Below are positions 14,793-24,309 of a DNA stretch of 64,000 bases, in pieces. Source of the stretch: an uncultured Gemmatimonadaceae bacterium (GTDB lineage Bacteria > Gemmatimonadota > Gemmatimonadetes > Gemmatimonadales > GWC2-71-9); assembly GCA_964571795.1 (NCBI GenBank), contig CAZNDK010000003.1, positions 74,644 through 138,643 on the forward strand, given 5' to 3'. The notes beneath the pieces are model-generated. The model saw only the letters and a program-made list of their open reading frames with translations, had not been told where the DNA came from and made no database searches. A program made the translations under genes and the position numbers. How positions within the stretch are numbered: position 1 is the stretch's first letter; each line of letters starts with the position of its first letter.

Positions 14793-16747
14793 TGGCGCGG
14801 ATCCGCGCGCGGGTGGGCCTGATGGAAGTGGTGCTGGGCCTGTGCCTGCTCGCCATCATCGGGCGTGCCGGGCAGGTGCAGCTCCTGAACGGTGGCGACT
14901 ACGCGAAGGAGGCCGCGAAGAGCCGCACGGAGGTTCGCCCCATTGAGGCCCGCCGCGGAACGCTCTACGACCGGAACGGGTCGACGCTGGCGGTCACCAA
15001 TGAGTCCTATCGCGTCGGCATCGCGCCGAACGAGGTGACCGAGCGAAGCGCCCTCATCCGGACGGCGGCCCGGCAGCTGGACGTGCCGGCCGCGACCCTG
15101 CAGCGCGGTTTCGCCACGAAGAAGCCCTACCTCTATTTCTACGGACCGTACAGCGCCACGGACGTGGAACCGCTCCGGCGGTTCAAGGGCGTGCACGTGG
15201 AGGGGGTATACCTCCGTTCCTACCCCTCCCAGCGGCTGGCTGGCCGTGTCATCGGGCGGATGGGGCCGGACGGGGTGGCGGCATCCGGGCTGGAGCGGGC
15301 GCTCGAGCCGCTCATCCAGGGGACGCCCGGTGAAGAAGTGGTGCTGAAGGACCGAAGGGGGCGGCGCTACGAGTCGCCCGGGAGGCTCCGCACGGATCCG
15401 ATCCCCGGGAACGACGTGGTGCTCACGATCGACGCCGAACTGCAGGACATCGCGGAACAGAGCCTGGCGGAGGCGGTCCGGGAGTTCGAGGCGCAGGGCG
15501 GGGACATCGTGTTCCTCGACCCGAAGACCGGGGAATTGCTGGCGGTGGCTTCCCAGAAGAACGGCCAGGCCGACCTGATGGCCTTTACCGAGCCGTTCGA
15601 GCCCGGCTCCACCGCCAAGCTCTTTACTGCCGCCGCCCTCCTGGCGCTGGATCGGGTCGACTCGACGGACCAGGTGAGCGGCGAGGGCGGGAAATGGGAG
15701 ATGCCGCTCTCGAACGGGCGCACGCGGACGATCGAGGACGTGCACGAGGAAGACGGGATGCTCACGCTCGCCAAGGCGGTCGAGGTCTCGAGCAACATCG
15801 CCATGGCGAAGTTTTCCCAGCGGCTGAGCCAGGAGGAGCAGTACCGACAGCTCCGTGATTTCGGCTTCGGCGCGCCAACCGGCATCGAGCTCCCGTCGGA
15901 ATCCCGCGGGGTGGTGCACCCGCTGGAGCGCTGGCAATCAGACTTGAGCCGGGTGAGCGTGGCGATGGGGTATTACTTCGAGGTGACGGCGCTGCAGCTC
16001 GCCGCGGCCTATGGGGCGATCGCCAACGACGGCATTCTCCTCACCCCCACGCTGGTGCGCGAGGTCCGCGCCCCGGACGGGACGGTGCTCTACCGGCACC
16101 AGCCGGAGCCGGTGCGCCGGGTGGTCTCGCCCGCGGTGGCGGCGCAGTTGCGCGAGTTCCTGCGCGCCGCGAGCGGCGTCGGCGGCACCGGCGCGGCGGC
16201 CCAGGTCGGCAACTACGGCGTGCTGGGGAAGACCGGCACCGCCCGCCGCGTGAAGCGCGGCCAGTTCGTCAACGAATACGTGGCGTCCATGGCCGCCATG
16301 TTTCCCGCGGACGACCCGCAGCTCGTCGTGGTGGTCAAGATCGACGCGCCCAGCACCGGAGGCATCTACGGCGGCGACGTGGCGGCGCCCGTGGTGCGGA
16401 AGATGATCGAGCAGGCGCTGGCCTCGAAGCGGGTGTCGTTCGACCGCGCGCGACTGCTGAAGGGCACGGGCGCGCCGGCCGTCGCGGCCGCCCCCAGGCG
16501 TGCGCCGGCGCGGGTGGAGCCGCCGCGGGTGGTCGTACCATGGCCCATCCCGCGAGACACCACCCCGTCCACGCCGGTGGCCGTCCCGGCAGTCGTCGGG
16601 CTGTCGGTGCGGGCGGCCGCCCTCGCACTCCACCGGCGCGGGTTCGAGGTCGCGGTGTCCGGCGCGGGCAAGGTCACCAACTCGAGCCCCGCGGCCGGGG
16701 CAACGGCGCCCCAAGGCGCCACCGTACGAATTCAGGCGGAACCATGA
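14792..16747 (+). CDS. ftsI: Peptidoglycan D,D-transpeptidase FtsI (PBP3-type) with C-terminal PASTA domain
   Basis: Class B PBP motifs (STAKLF for SxxK, SSN, KTGT). The C-terminal ~57 aa are PASTA-like (VPAVVGLSVRAAALALHRRGFEVAVSGAGKVTNSSPAAGATAPQGATVRIQA). TGATG junction with ftsL. Confidence 0.9.
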   Translation: MARIRARVGLMEVVLGLCLLAIIGRAGQVQLLNGGDYAKEAAKSRTEVRPIEARRGTLYDRNGSTLAVTNESYRVGIAPNEVTERSALIRTAARQLDVPAATLQRGFATKKPYLYFYGPYSATDVEPLRRFKGVHVEGVYLRSYPSQRLAGRVIGRMGPDGVAASGLERALEPLIQGTPGEEVVLKDRRGRRYESPGRLRTDPIPGNDVVLTIDAELQDIAEQSLAEAVREFEAQGGDIVFLDPKTGELLAVASQKNGQADLMAFTEPFEPGSTAKLFTAAALLALDRVDSTDQVSGEGGKWEMPLSNGRTRTIEDVHEEDGMLTLAKAVEVSSNIAMAKFSQRLSQEEQYRQLRDFGFGAPTGIELPSESRGVVHPLERWQSDLSRVSVAMGYYFEVTALQLAAAYGAIANDGILLTPTLVREVRAPDGTVLYRHQPEPVRRVVSPAVAAQLREFLRAASGVGGTGAAAQVGNYGVLGKTGTARRVKRGQFVNEYVASMAAMFPADDPQLVVVVKIDAPSTGGIYGGDVAAPVVRKMIEQALASKRVSFDRARLLKGTGAPAVAAAPRRAPARVEPPRVVVPWPIPRDTTPSTPVAVPAVVGLSVRAAALALHRRGFEVAVSGAGKVTNSSPAAGATAPQGATVRIQAEP

Positions 16748-18204
16748 CCGTGGAATGGAATGACCTGTTGACCTCGCTTCGGCGGGAGGGCCTGCTCGTC
16801 GGCGCGCCGGCGACCAGCGTCCCGCTCACGGGACTCGGGATCGACTCCCGCACCATTGGGACCGGCCAGCTCTACTGCGCGGTGCGCGGCACCACGTCGG
16901 ACGGACATGCGTTCGTCGCCGCCGCCGTGCGCAAGGGAGCGGCGGCCGTGATGGTGGAGGTGCCGACCGGGGCGGGTGTCCCGGAAATCGTGGTGAGCGA
17001 CGGCCGCCGGGCCGCGAGCGTGGCGGCACGGGCCTGGTACGGCGACCCGGCCGCCGGCATGACGCTCATCGGCATCACGGGGACGAACGGCAAGACGACC
17101 ACGACCGGCCTGGTGCGGCACCTGTTCAACGCCAACCGAACGGCGGGCAGCATCGGCACCCTCGGTGCGTTCGACGGGGTGGGGCAGCCGGTGCCGTCGA
17201 CCGCGGGAAGCCTGACCACCCCGGGGCCCGTGGACCTGCACGCCACCTTCGCCGCGCTGCGCGACCGGGGGGTCACGCACGTCGCGATGGAAACGTCGTC
17301 GCACAGTCTCGATCAGGGACGGCTGGACGGGCTGATGTTCGCCGCGGGAATCTTCACCAACCTCACGCACGAACATCTGGACTACCACCGGACGATGGAG
17401 CATTACTTGGCGGCGAAGCTCCGGCTGAGCGCGCTCCTAGGGCCCGCAGGCGTGGAGATCGTCAACGCCGACGACTCGGCGTGGGCCGCGATGCCGCCGT
17501 TCCCGCGGCGCGTGACGTTTGGCGAGTCGCCCGATGCCGACGTGCGGGCCGAGGAGGTCCTGCTCGAGGCCGGGGGCACCCGGTTCCGCATGACCGGCCG
17601 GTTCGGGAACGCCGACGTCCGCATTCCGCTGATGGGCTCGTTCAACGTGTCGAACTCGCTCGCCGCGGCGAGCGCCGCGCTGGCGCTGGACATGCCACTC
17701 GCGACCGTCGTGGCACGCTTGGAGGCGGCGCCGCAGGTGCCGGGAAGGATGGAGCGGCTGGCCGATGCGCCGATGGTGGTGCTCCGCGACTACGCGCACA
17801 CCCCCGACGCCTTCAGCCGGGTGATCGCCACCCTCCGTCCGCTGACACCTGGCCGGCTGATCCTGCTCTTCGGGTGCGGCGGCGACCGCGACCGCACCAA
17901 GCGGCCCGAGATGGCGCGGATCGCCGTGGAGGGTGCGGACCTCGTGGTCATTACCTCCGACAATCCGCGCACCGAGGACCCGGAGCGGATCATGGACGAC
18001 ATGGAGGCCGGCATGGGCGGGGCCCACCACCTGCGCATCACCGACCGCGAGGAAGCCATTCACAAGGCGCTTGCGGGGGCCGGCAAGGGCGACACGGTCC
18101 TCCTGGCCGGCAAGGGCCACGAGACCTACCAGATCGTGGGTACCACCAAGCACCATTTCGACGAGCGGACCATCGTCCAGGCGGCGTTGCGGGGCCGGGC
18201 GTGA
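16744..18204 (+). CDS. murE: UDP-N-acetylmuramoyl-L-alanyl-D-glutamate--2,6-diaminopimelate ligase MurE
   Basis: Mur ligase motifs (GITGTNGKTTTT; DNPR; a DYAHTPDA-type motif). ATGA overlap with ftsI. Canonical dcw position. Confidence 0.9.
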   Translation: MTVEWNDLLTSLRREGLLVGAPATSVPLTGLGIDSRTIGTGQLYCAVRGTTSDGHAFVAAAVRKGAAAVMVEVPTGAGVPEIVVSDGRRAASVAARAWYGDPAAGMTLIGITGTNGKTTTTGLVRHLFNANRTAGSIGTLGAFDGVGQPVPSTAGSLTTPGPVDLHATFAALRDRGVTHVAMETSSHSLDQGRLDGLMFAAGIFTNLTHEHLDYHRTMEHYLAAKLRLSALLGPAGVEIVNADDSAWAAMPPFPRRVTFGESPDADVRAEEVLLEAGGTRFRMTGRFGNADVRIPLMGSFNVSNSLAAASAALALDMPLATVVARLEAAPQVPGRMERLADAPMVVLRDYAHTPDAFSRVIATLRPLTPGRLILLFGCGGDRDRTKRPEMARIAVEGADLVVITSDNPRTEDPERIMDDMEAGMGGAHHLRITDREEAIHKALAGAGKGDTVLLAGKGHETYQIVGTTKHHFDERTIVQAALRGRA

Positions 18205-19553
18205 TCTGGACCAGCGGCAGCGTCCGGGAGGCCCTTGGCCTGCCGGCCGGGTCGACTCCGGGGCAGACGTTCTCCATCGTGTCCACCGACACGCGTTCGC
18301 TTCCGGATGGCGCGCTCTTCGTGGCCCTCGCCGGCGAGCGCTTCGACGGGCACGCGCACCTGAACGAGGCGGCGGCCGCCGGCGCGCTGGGCGCGGTGGT
18401 GCGCACCGGGACGCCTCCCTGTCCCGGGCTCGAACTCTTCGAGGTGCCAGACACGGTCGAGGCGCTGGGGTGGCTGGCTCGGGCCCGGCGGCGGCGGATC
18501 GGCGGTCCGGTGGTGGCGGTGACCGGCACCAACGGGAAGACCAGCACGAAGGAGATGCTCGCCGCCGCGCTCCGCACGCGGTTTCGGGTGCACGCCACGC
18601 GCGCCAACCTCAACAACCTGATCGGGGTGCCCCTCACCATCCTCGAGGCGCCGGCGGACACCGAGGCACTGGTGGTGGAGGCAGGGGCCAGCGTGCCGGG
18701 TGAAATCGGCCGCTACCGCCAGATCATCGAGCCGACGGTGGCGGTGATCACGAACGTCTCCGCTGGCCACCTGGAAGGGTTCGGCTCGCTGGACGGCGTG
18801 CTGGCGGAAAAGCTCTCGCTGGTCGACGGGGTGCCGCTTGCGGTGGTGGGGACCGATCCGCCCGCGCTGACGCTGGGGGCGCGGCGCCGGGCGCGCCGGG
18901 TGGTGACGGCCGGCCTCGACACGGGGGAGCTGCGGCCCGATGCGGTGACGCTAGACGCACGAGGCTGTGCTACGGTCGTGACCGAGCAGGGGCGCTTTAC
19001 CCTGCCGCTCCCCGGGAGGCATCTCGCCGCCAACGCGATGCTGGTGTGGGCGGTCGCGATCCATCTCGGCCTCGACCCACGGGCCGTGGGCCGCGCCCTG
19101 GAGCGCCTGGAGGTTCCCGGGGGTCGGGGGCAGGTGATGGAGGCCGGCGGGTTCACGATCCTCAACGACTGTTACAACGCCAACCCCCTCTCCTTCCGGG
19201 CGGCGATCGCGACGGCGCAGGCCATGCGGGCCGGCAAGCGGCTCGTGTTCGTGGCCGGTACCATGCGCGAGCTTGGGGCGGAGTCGACGGCGCTCCATGC
19301 CCAGATTGCGCGCGACCTCGTGGCGTTGAAGCCCGAGTTGCTCGCGGCGGTCGGGGAGTTCGTGCCGGCGCTGGAGGCCCACCGCGCCGAACTCGGCGGC
19401 CGGCTGGTGGTGGCCGCCGACGTGCCCGCGCTGGGCGCGGCGCTGTCGGCCCGGCTCGAGGGCGGGGAGCTGGTCGTGCTGAAGGCGTCCCGCGGCGTCG
19501 CCCTCGAACGTATAATTCCCCTCCTGACCCCGCGCGCCGCCCCCGGATCCTGA
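18201..19553 (+). CDS. murF: UDP-N-acetylmuramoyl-tripeptide--D-alanyl-D-alanine ligase MurF
   Basis: Mur ligase P-loop AVTGTNGKTSTKEM, ILNDCYNANP, VFVAGTMRELG. GTGA overlap with murE. Confidence 0.9.
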   Translation: MIWTSGSVREALGLPAGSTPGQTFSIVSTDTRSLPDGALFVALAGERFDGHAHLNEAAAAGALGAVVRTGTPPCPGLELFEVPDTVEALGWLARARRRRIGGPVVAVTGTNGKTSTKEMLAAALRTRFRVHATRANLNNLIGVPLTILEAPADTEALVVEAGASVPGEIGRYRQIIEPTVAVITNVSAGHLEGFGSLDGVLAEKLSLVDGVPLAVVGTDPPALTLGARRRARRVVTAGLDTGELRPDAVTLDARGCATVVTEQGRFTLPLPGRHLAANAMLVWAVAIHLGLDPRAVGRALERLEVPGGRGQVMEAGGFTILNDCYNANPLSFRAAIATAQAMRAGKRLVFVAGTMRELGAESTALHAQIARDLVALKPELLAAVGEFVPALEAHRAELGGRLVVAADVPALGAALSARLEGGELVVLKASRGVALERIIPLLTPRAAPGS

Positions 19554-19559
19554 GGCCCG

Positions 19560-20687
19560 ATGTTCTATTACTGGCTGGCCCCGCTCGGCAAGCAGTTCAT
19601 CCTGTTCAACCTGTTCAACTACATCGCCTTTCGCGCCGCGGGCGCTGGGGTCACGGCGCTGCTGGTGTCGTTCGTCGTGGGCCCCTGGGTCATCCGGCGG
19701 CTGCGGGCGCACAAGATCGGCCAGGTCATCCGCGCCGAGGGGCCGGCCAGCCACCAGGGCAAGCGCGGAACGCCCACGATGGGCGGGCTCGTCATCATCC
19801 TGGCCACCCTGCTGCCCACGCTGCTCTGGGCCCGCATCGACAATCGCATGGTGGTGGTGGCCACCCTCGCGACGGTGTGGATGGGTGCCATCGGGTTCCT
19901 GGACGACTACCTCAAGATCGTGCAGGGCAAGTCGCGCGGGCTGGTGGCCAAGTGGAAGCTGGCGGGCCAGTGCACCTTCGGCCTGGTCCTCGGGCTCTAC
20001 CTGCTCTTCTTCCCGGTGGTCCCGGTCACCATCATCCCGGCCACGGCGACGACCGTGCCGTTCTTCAAGTACCTCGTGGTCAACTTCGCGCCGCTCCTCT
20101 TCGTCGGTTTCGTGGTGTTCGTCATCACCGCCTGGAGCAACGCGGTGAACCTGACGGACGGCCTCGACGGCCTGGCCGCCGGGCTCACCGCCATCGCCGC
20201 CGCGGCGTTCGCGTCGTTTGCGTACCTCTTCGGGCGGGTGGACTTCACGTCGTACCTGAACCTCATCTACCTGCCGGGGGCCGGGGAACTGGCGGTGTTC
20301 TGCGCCGCGCTGATGGGCGCGGCGCTCGGCTTCCTCTGGTTCAACGCGCATCCGGCCGAAGTGTTCATGGGCGACACCGGCAGCCTCGCCATCGGCGGCG
20401 CGTTCGGCACGGTGGCCATCCTGCTGAAGGCGGAGTTCCTGCTGGTGCTGATCGGCGGGGTGTTCGTGGCCGAGGCGGTGTCGGTCATGCTGCAGACCTC
20501 GGTGTACAAGTGGTTCAAGAGCACGCGGGGCCGGGAATACGCCGACGCGCACAAGGTGTTCCGGATGGCGCCGCTGCATCACCATTTCGAGAAGCACGGA
20601 TGGGCCGAGACGACCGTCGTGATCCGGTTCTGGATTCTCGGCATCTTCTGCGCGCTGGTGGCGCTGGCCACGCTCAAGGTGCGGTGA
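19560..20687 (+). CDS. mraY: Phospho-N-acetylmuramoyl-pentapeptide transferase MraY
   Basis: Polytopic membrane protein with MraY motifs ([43 protein letters not shown]). Confidence 0.93.
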   Translation: MFYYWLAPLGKQFILFNLFNYIAFRAAGAGVTALLVSFVVGPWVIRRLRAHKIGQVIRAEGPASHQGKRGTPTMGGLVIILATLLPTLLWARIDNRMVVVATLATVWMGAIGFLDDYLKIVQGKSRGLVAKWKLAGQCTFGLVLGLYLLFFPVVPVTIIPATATTVPFFKYLVVNFAPLLFVGFVVFVITAWSNAVNLTDGLDGLAAGLTAIAAAAFASFAYLFGRVDFTSYLNLIYLPGAGELAVFCAALMGAALGFLWFNAHPAEVFMGDTGSLAIGGAFGTVAILLKAEFLLVLIGGVFVAEAVSVMLQTSVYKWFKSTRGREYADAHKVFRMAPLHHHFEKHGWAETTVVIRFWILGIFCALVALATLKVR

Positions 20688-22036
20688 TGCTCGACGCCTG
20701 GCGCGCCGCGGGCCGCGAGGTGGCCGTCATCGGCCTTGGCAGGAGCGGTGTGGCGGCGGCCCGGCTGCTCCGCCGGCACGGCGTGCCGGTCTACGCCTCC
20801 GACGGCGGAGCCGGTCCGGCGCTCGAGGAGCAGGCGGCGCAGCTCCGGCTGGAGGGAGTGGAGGCCGAGGTGGGGCGTCACGACCTCGCGCGGATCGCCA
20901 GGGCGGTCGCCGCCGTCGTGTCGCCCGGCATCGCACCCGAGGCGGCGCCGGTGGCCGCGGCGCGCGACGCGGGGATCGAGGTGGTGGCCGAGTCGGAACT
21001 GGGGCTCCGGTGCCTGCCGGGCACCCGCATCCTGGCAATCACCGGGACCAACGGGAAGACCACCACCACGGCCCTCACCGCCCACCTGCTGGCATCGGCC
21101 GGGCTCCGTGCCGCGTCCGCCGGCAACATCGGGCGGCCGCTCTCCGCCGTGGCGCTCGAGGACTCGCCGCCCGCCTGGCTCGCGGTGGAATTGTCGTCGT
21201 TCCAGTTGCACGACATGCCGGGGCTCGCCCCGGCGGCGGGGGTGCTGACCAACCTCGCGCCGGACCACCTCGACCGCTACGCCACCCTCGCGGACTATTA
21301 CGCCGACAAGGCGAAGCTCTTTCGCAACGCCACCGCCGCATCGGTCTGGATCACCAACGGCGATGACCCCGAGGTGCGCCGGATGATGGTGGACATTCCC
21401 GGCGTGCACCGACAGTTCTCGACGGCTCGTGTGGCCGACGGCTGGTACGATCGCGATGGCGGCCGCCTGATGCTGGGGCGCGCGCCGCTCATTCCGCGCC
21501 GTGAGCTCCTCCTCCTCGGCGACCACAACGTGGCGAACGCCCTGGCCGCGGCGCTCGCCGCGTGGGTGGCCGACGTGCCGATGGCGGCCCTCGCCGACGG
21601 GCTCCGCTCGTTCCGTGCGCTGCCGCACCGGCTCGAGCCGGTGCGCGAGGTGGACGGCGTGCTCTGGATCAACGACAGCAAGGCCACCAACATCGCGTCC
21701 ACCGAGGTGGCCCTCGCGGCGCTCGACCGGCCCTATGTCCTCCTCCTGGGCGGGCGGCACAAGGGTGAGCCCTATACGCGCCTGGCGCCGTTGCTCGCTA
21801 GCGGCTGCCGGGCCGTGATCGCCTACGGGGAGGCCGGCCCGCTCGTGAAGGCCGATCTTGCCGGTTCGGTACAGGTAGTCGACGGAGGCTCGTTCGACGA
21901 CGTGCTCGGCAAGGCGAAGCGCCTGGCCCAGCCGGGCGACGCGGTGTTGCTGTCTCCCGCCTGCTCGAGCTACGACATGTTCAAGAACTACGAGGAGCGC
22001 GGCGCCCGGTTCCGCGCCGCGGCGGAGGCGTTCTGA
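20687..22036 (+). CDS. murD: UDP-N-acetylmuramoylalanine--D-glutamate ligase MurD
   Basis: N-terminal Rossmann fold (VAVIGLGRSGVAAARLL), AITGTNGKTTTT, INDSKATN. TGATG junction with mraY. Confidence 0.9.
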   Translation: MLDAWRAAGREVAVIGLGRSGVAAARLLRRHGVPVYASDGGAGPALEEQAAQLRLEGVEAEVGRHDLARIARAVAAVVSPGIAPEAAPVAAARDAGIEVVAESELGLRCLPGTRILAITGTNGKTTTTALTAHLLASAGLRAASAGNIGRPLSAVALEDSPPAWLAVELSSFQLHDMPGLAPAAGVLTNLAPDHLDRYATLADYYADKAKLFRNATAASVWITNGDDPEVRRMMVDIPGVHRQFSTARVADGWYDRDGGRLMLGRAPLIPRRELLLLGDHNVANALAAALAAWVADVPMAALADGLRSFRALPHRLEPVREVDGVLWINDSKATNIASTEVALAALDRPYVLLLGGRHKGEPYTRLAPLLASGCRAVIAYGEAGPLVKADLAGSVQVVDGGSFDDVLGKAKRLAQPGDAVLLSPACSSYDMFKNYEERGARFRAAAEAF

Positions 22037-22044
22037 GCGCCCCG

Positions 22045-23175
22045 GTGGCGCGGCACCCCGGTGAGCTCCGGTGGGAAACCCGGCTGCTCACGGTGGTGAC
22101 GGCCACGATGGTGGTGTTCGGCATCGCGAACGCGTACGGCGCGCTGAGCCTCCAGACGCCGGGCGGCGCCGCGGCGTTTGCGCTTCGCCAGCTGGTCGGC
22201 GCGCTCGTCGGCCTCCTGGCCCTCAGCGTCGTGGCGAGCGTCGATTACCATGTGTGGCGCCGGGCCGCCTGGCCCCTGCTGATCGTCACCATCCTGCTCC
22301 TCCTGATTCCCGTCCTGCCCGGTCTCGGCCGCTGGTCTCCGTCGCTCAACGGCGCCCGTCGGTGGGTGAGGTTCGGCAGCTTCCAGTTCCAGCCTTCCGA
22401 GCTGGCCCGCCTCGCCATCATCATCTGGTGCGCCATGCTGGCGGCCAAGAAGGGCGCCCAGGTGCGGGAGTTCAAGAAGGGCGTCATGCCGTTCCTCGTG
22501 GGCATCGGGGCGGTGTCCCTCCTGATCTTCCTGGAGCCCAATCTCTCGATGGCCACCCTGGTGGCCCTGCTCGGCATGGTGGTGCTCTTCGCGGCCGGCG
22601 CCAAGATCGGCCACTTCATCCTGCTGGGGTTCGGCGGGCTGTTCCTGGTCTACGAGAAGATCCAGTCGGCCCAGTACCGGATGGCCCGCCTCACCACCTT
22701 CCTCAATCCTGGCGACGGCACCGACGCCGCTGGGATGCAGATCCACCAGTCGCTGGTCGGCATCGGCTCGGGCCGGTTCTTCGGGGTCGGGTTCGGCGAG
22801 GGCCAGCAGAAGCTCTTCCTGCCGTACGCCTATTCCGACTTCCTGTTCAGCACGATCGGCGAGGAGTGGGGGTTCCTGGGCGTGGTGCTCGTCGTCGTGC
22901 TGTTCGGGATCTTCCTCTGGCTCGGTTTCCGGATCGCGCGCAGCGCCCCGGATCCGTTCGGGCAGTTCCTGGCCGTCGGCATCACCGCGATGGTCGGGAT
23001 TACCGCCGTCATGCACATGGCGGTGTCCCTGGCGCTGATGCCGACCACCGGGCTCACCCTGCCGTTCATGTCGTACGGCCGCTCTAGCCTGGTCATCTCG
23101 CTGGTGGCCACCGGGATCCTCGTGAACATCGGCCGGATGCGAGGCAGGGCGTCGAAGGAGCCCGCGGCCCCGTGA
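22045..23175 (+). CDS. ftsW: Peptidoglycan glycosyltransferase FtsW (SEDS family)
   Basis: Polytopic FtsW/RodA/SpoVE pattern (FQFQPSELARLAIIIW; SDFLFSTIGEEWGFLG; GLTLPFMSYGRSSL). It sits between murD and murG. Confidence 0.9.
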   Translation: MARHPGELRWETRLLTVVTATMVVFGIANAYGALSLQTPGGAAAFALRQLVGALVGLLALSVVASVDYHVWRRAAWPLLIVTILLLLIPVLPGLGRWSPSLNGARRWVRFGSFQFQPSELARLAIIIWCAMLAAKKGAQVREFKKGVMPFLVGIGAVSLLIFLEPNLSMATLVALLGMVVLFAAGAKIGHFILLGFGGLFLVYEKIQSAQYRMARLTTFLNPGDGTDAAGMQIHQSLVGIGSGRFFGVGFGEGQQKLFLPYAYSDFLFSTIGEEWGFLGVVLVVVLFGIFLWLGFRIARSAPDPFGQFLAVGITAMVGITAVMHMAVSLALMPTTGLTLPFMSYGRSSLVISLVATGILVNIGRMRGRASKEPAAP

Positions 23176-24260
23176 GCACCGTCCTCATCGCGGGCGGCGG
23201 TACCGGAGGGCACCTGATGCCGGCGCTGGCGCTCGCCGCCGAGCTCCGCCGCCGGCGCCCCGACCTGGAGCCGGTGCTGGTCGGCGCCGTGCGCGGCATC
23301 GAGTACTCGCTGCTCCCGGCGCGGGAGTTTCGGTATGTCCTCCTGCCTGCGGAGCCGCTCTACCGCCGGCAGTGGTGGAAGAACTGGCGCTGGCCGCTGG
23401 TGGCGAGCCGCCTCGCGAGCTCCGTGGGGCAGTTGCTCGACCGCGAGCGGCCGGTCGCCGTGCTGGGCACCGGCGGATATGCATCGGCGCCCGTCGTCTA
23501 TCTCGCCGGCCGGCGGGGGATCCCGACCGCCATCCAGGAGCAGAACGCCTTCCCGGGCCTCGCGACCCGCCTCCTCAGCCGGCGCGTGCGGCACGTGTAC
23601 CTCGGGGCGCCGGAGGCCAGGACCCATTTGCGGTTCGGCCGTTCGACGACGGTGTTCGACACTGGCAATCCGATCGTGCCCCCCGACCCGGCGCGGGCGC
23701 CCGCCGCCCGCCGCAGGTTTGGACTCTCAGACAACCGCCCCGTCGTGCTCGTCACCGGGGGGAGCCAGGGCGCCGTGGCGCTGAACGAGGCAACGGCCGG
23801 GTGGCTGTCCGCGGGGGGAGGGGAAGGGATGGTGGTCCTCTGGGCCACCGGGACTGGTTCCTACGCGCGGTTCCAGTCGCATCACCGCGCCCCTGACGTG
23901 CAGGTGTTCGACTTTCTCGACCCGATCGCCGATGCCTTCGCGGTGGCCGACCTGGTCGTCGGCCGGGCGGGCATGATGACCTGCGCCGAGCTCTGCGCCT
24001 GGGGGCTGCCCAGCCTCCTGATTCCCTTGCCGACCGCGGCGGCCGACCACCAGACCGCGAACGCCCGGGCGCTCGAGCGCTCCGGCGCGGCGCGGGTTCT
24101 CCTGCAGTCCGACCTGACCGCGGCCAGCCTGGGTTCCGCGCTCTCCTCGATGGTTTCGGACCGGGCCGGACGGGGAGCCATGGCAGCTGCTGCCGCGGCC
24201 CGGGGCCGGCCGACCGCGTCAGCGGACATCGTGTCGCATCTTTTGACGCTTTTGGGCTAG
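23172..24260 (+). CDS. murG: UDP-N-acetylglucosamine--N-acetylmuramyl-(pentapeptide) pyrophosphoryl-undecaprenol GlcNAc transferase MurG
   Basis: GGTGGHLMPALALA motif, VVGRAGMMTCAEL, DHQTANA. GTGA overlap with ftsW. Confidence 0.9.
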   Translation: MSTVLIAGGGTGGHLMPALALAAELRRRRPDLEPVLVGAVRGIEYSLLPAREFRYVLLPAEPLYRRQWWKNWRWPLVASRLASSVGQLLDRERPVAVLGTGGYASAPVVYLAGRRGIPTAIQEQNAFPGLATRLLSRRVRHVYLGAPEARTHLRFGRSTTVFDTGNPIVPPDPARAPAARRRFGLSDNRPVVLVTGGSQGAVALNEATAGWLSAGGGEGMVVLWATGTGSYARFQSHHRAPDVQVFDFLDPIADAFAVADLVVGRAGMMTCAELCAWGLPSLLIPLPTAAADHQTANARALERSGAARVLLQSDLTAASLGSALSSMVSDRAGRGAMAAAAAARGRPTASADIVSHLLTLLG

Positions 24261-24309
24261 CTCCGCTCTTTCGCAACTCTCGACAAGATTTTACATTAGC
24301 TCAATTCCA
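24261..24309 (+). promoter_or_regulatory. AT-richer intergenic spacer; possible internal promoter for murC-ftsQAZ
   Basis: This is the only sizeable gap inside the dcw cluster and is locally AT-rich (caagattttacattagctcaattccaATG). There is a weak TTCGCA(24270)-16 nt-TACATT(24292) pair. No Shine-Dalgarno is visible before ATG 24310. Confidence 0.3.
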
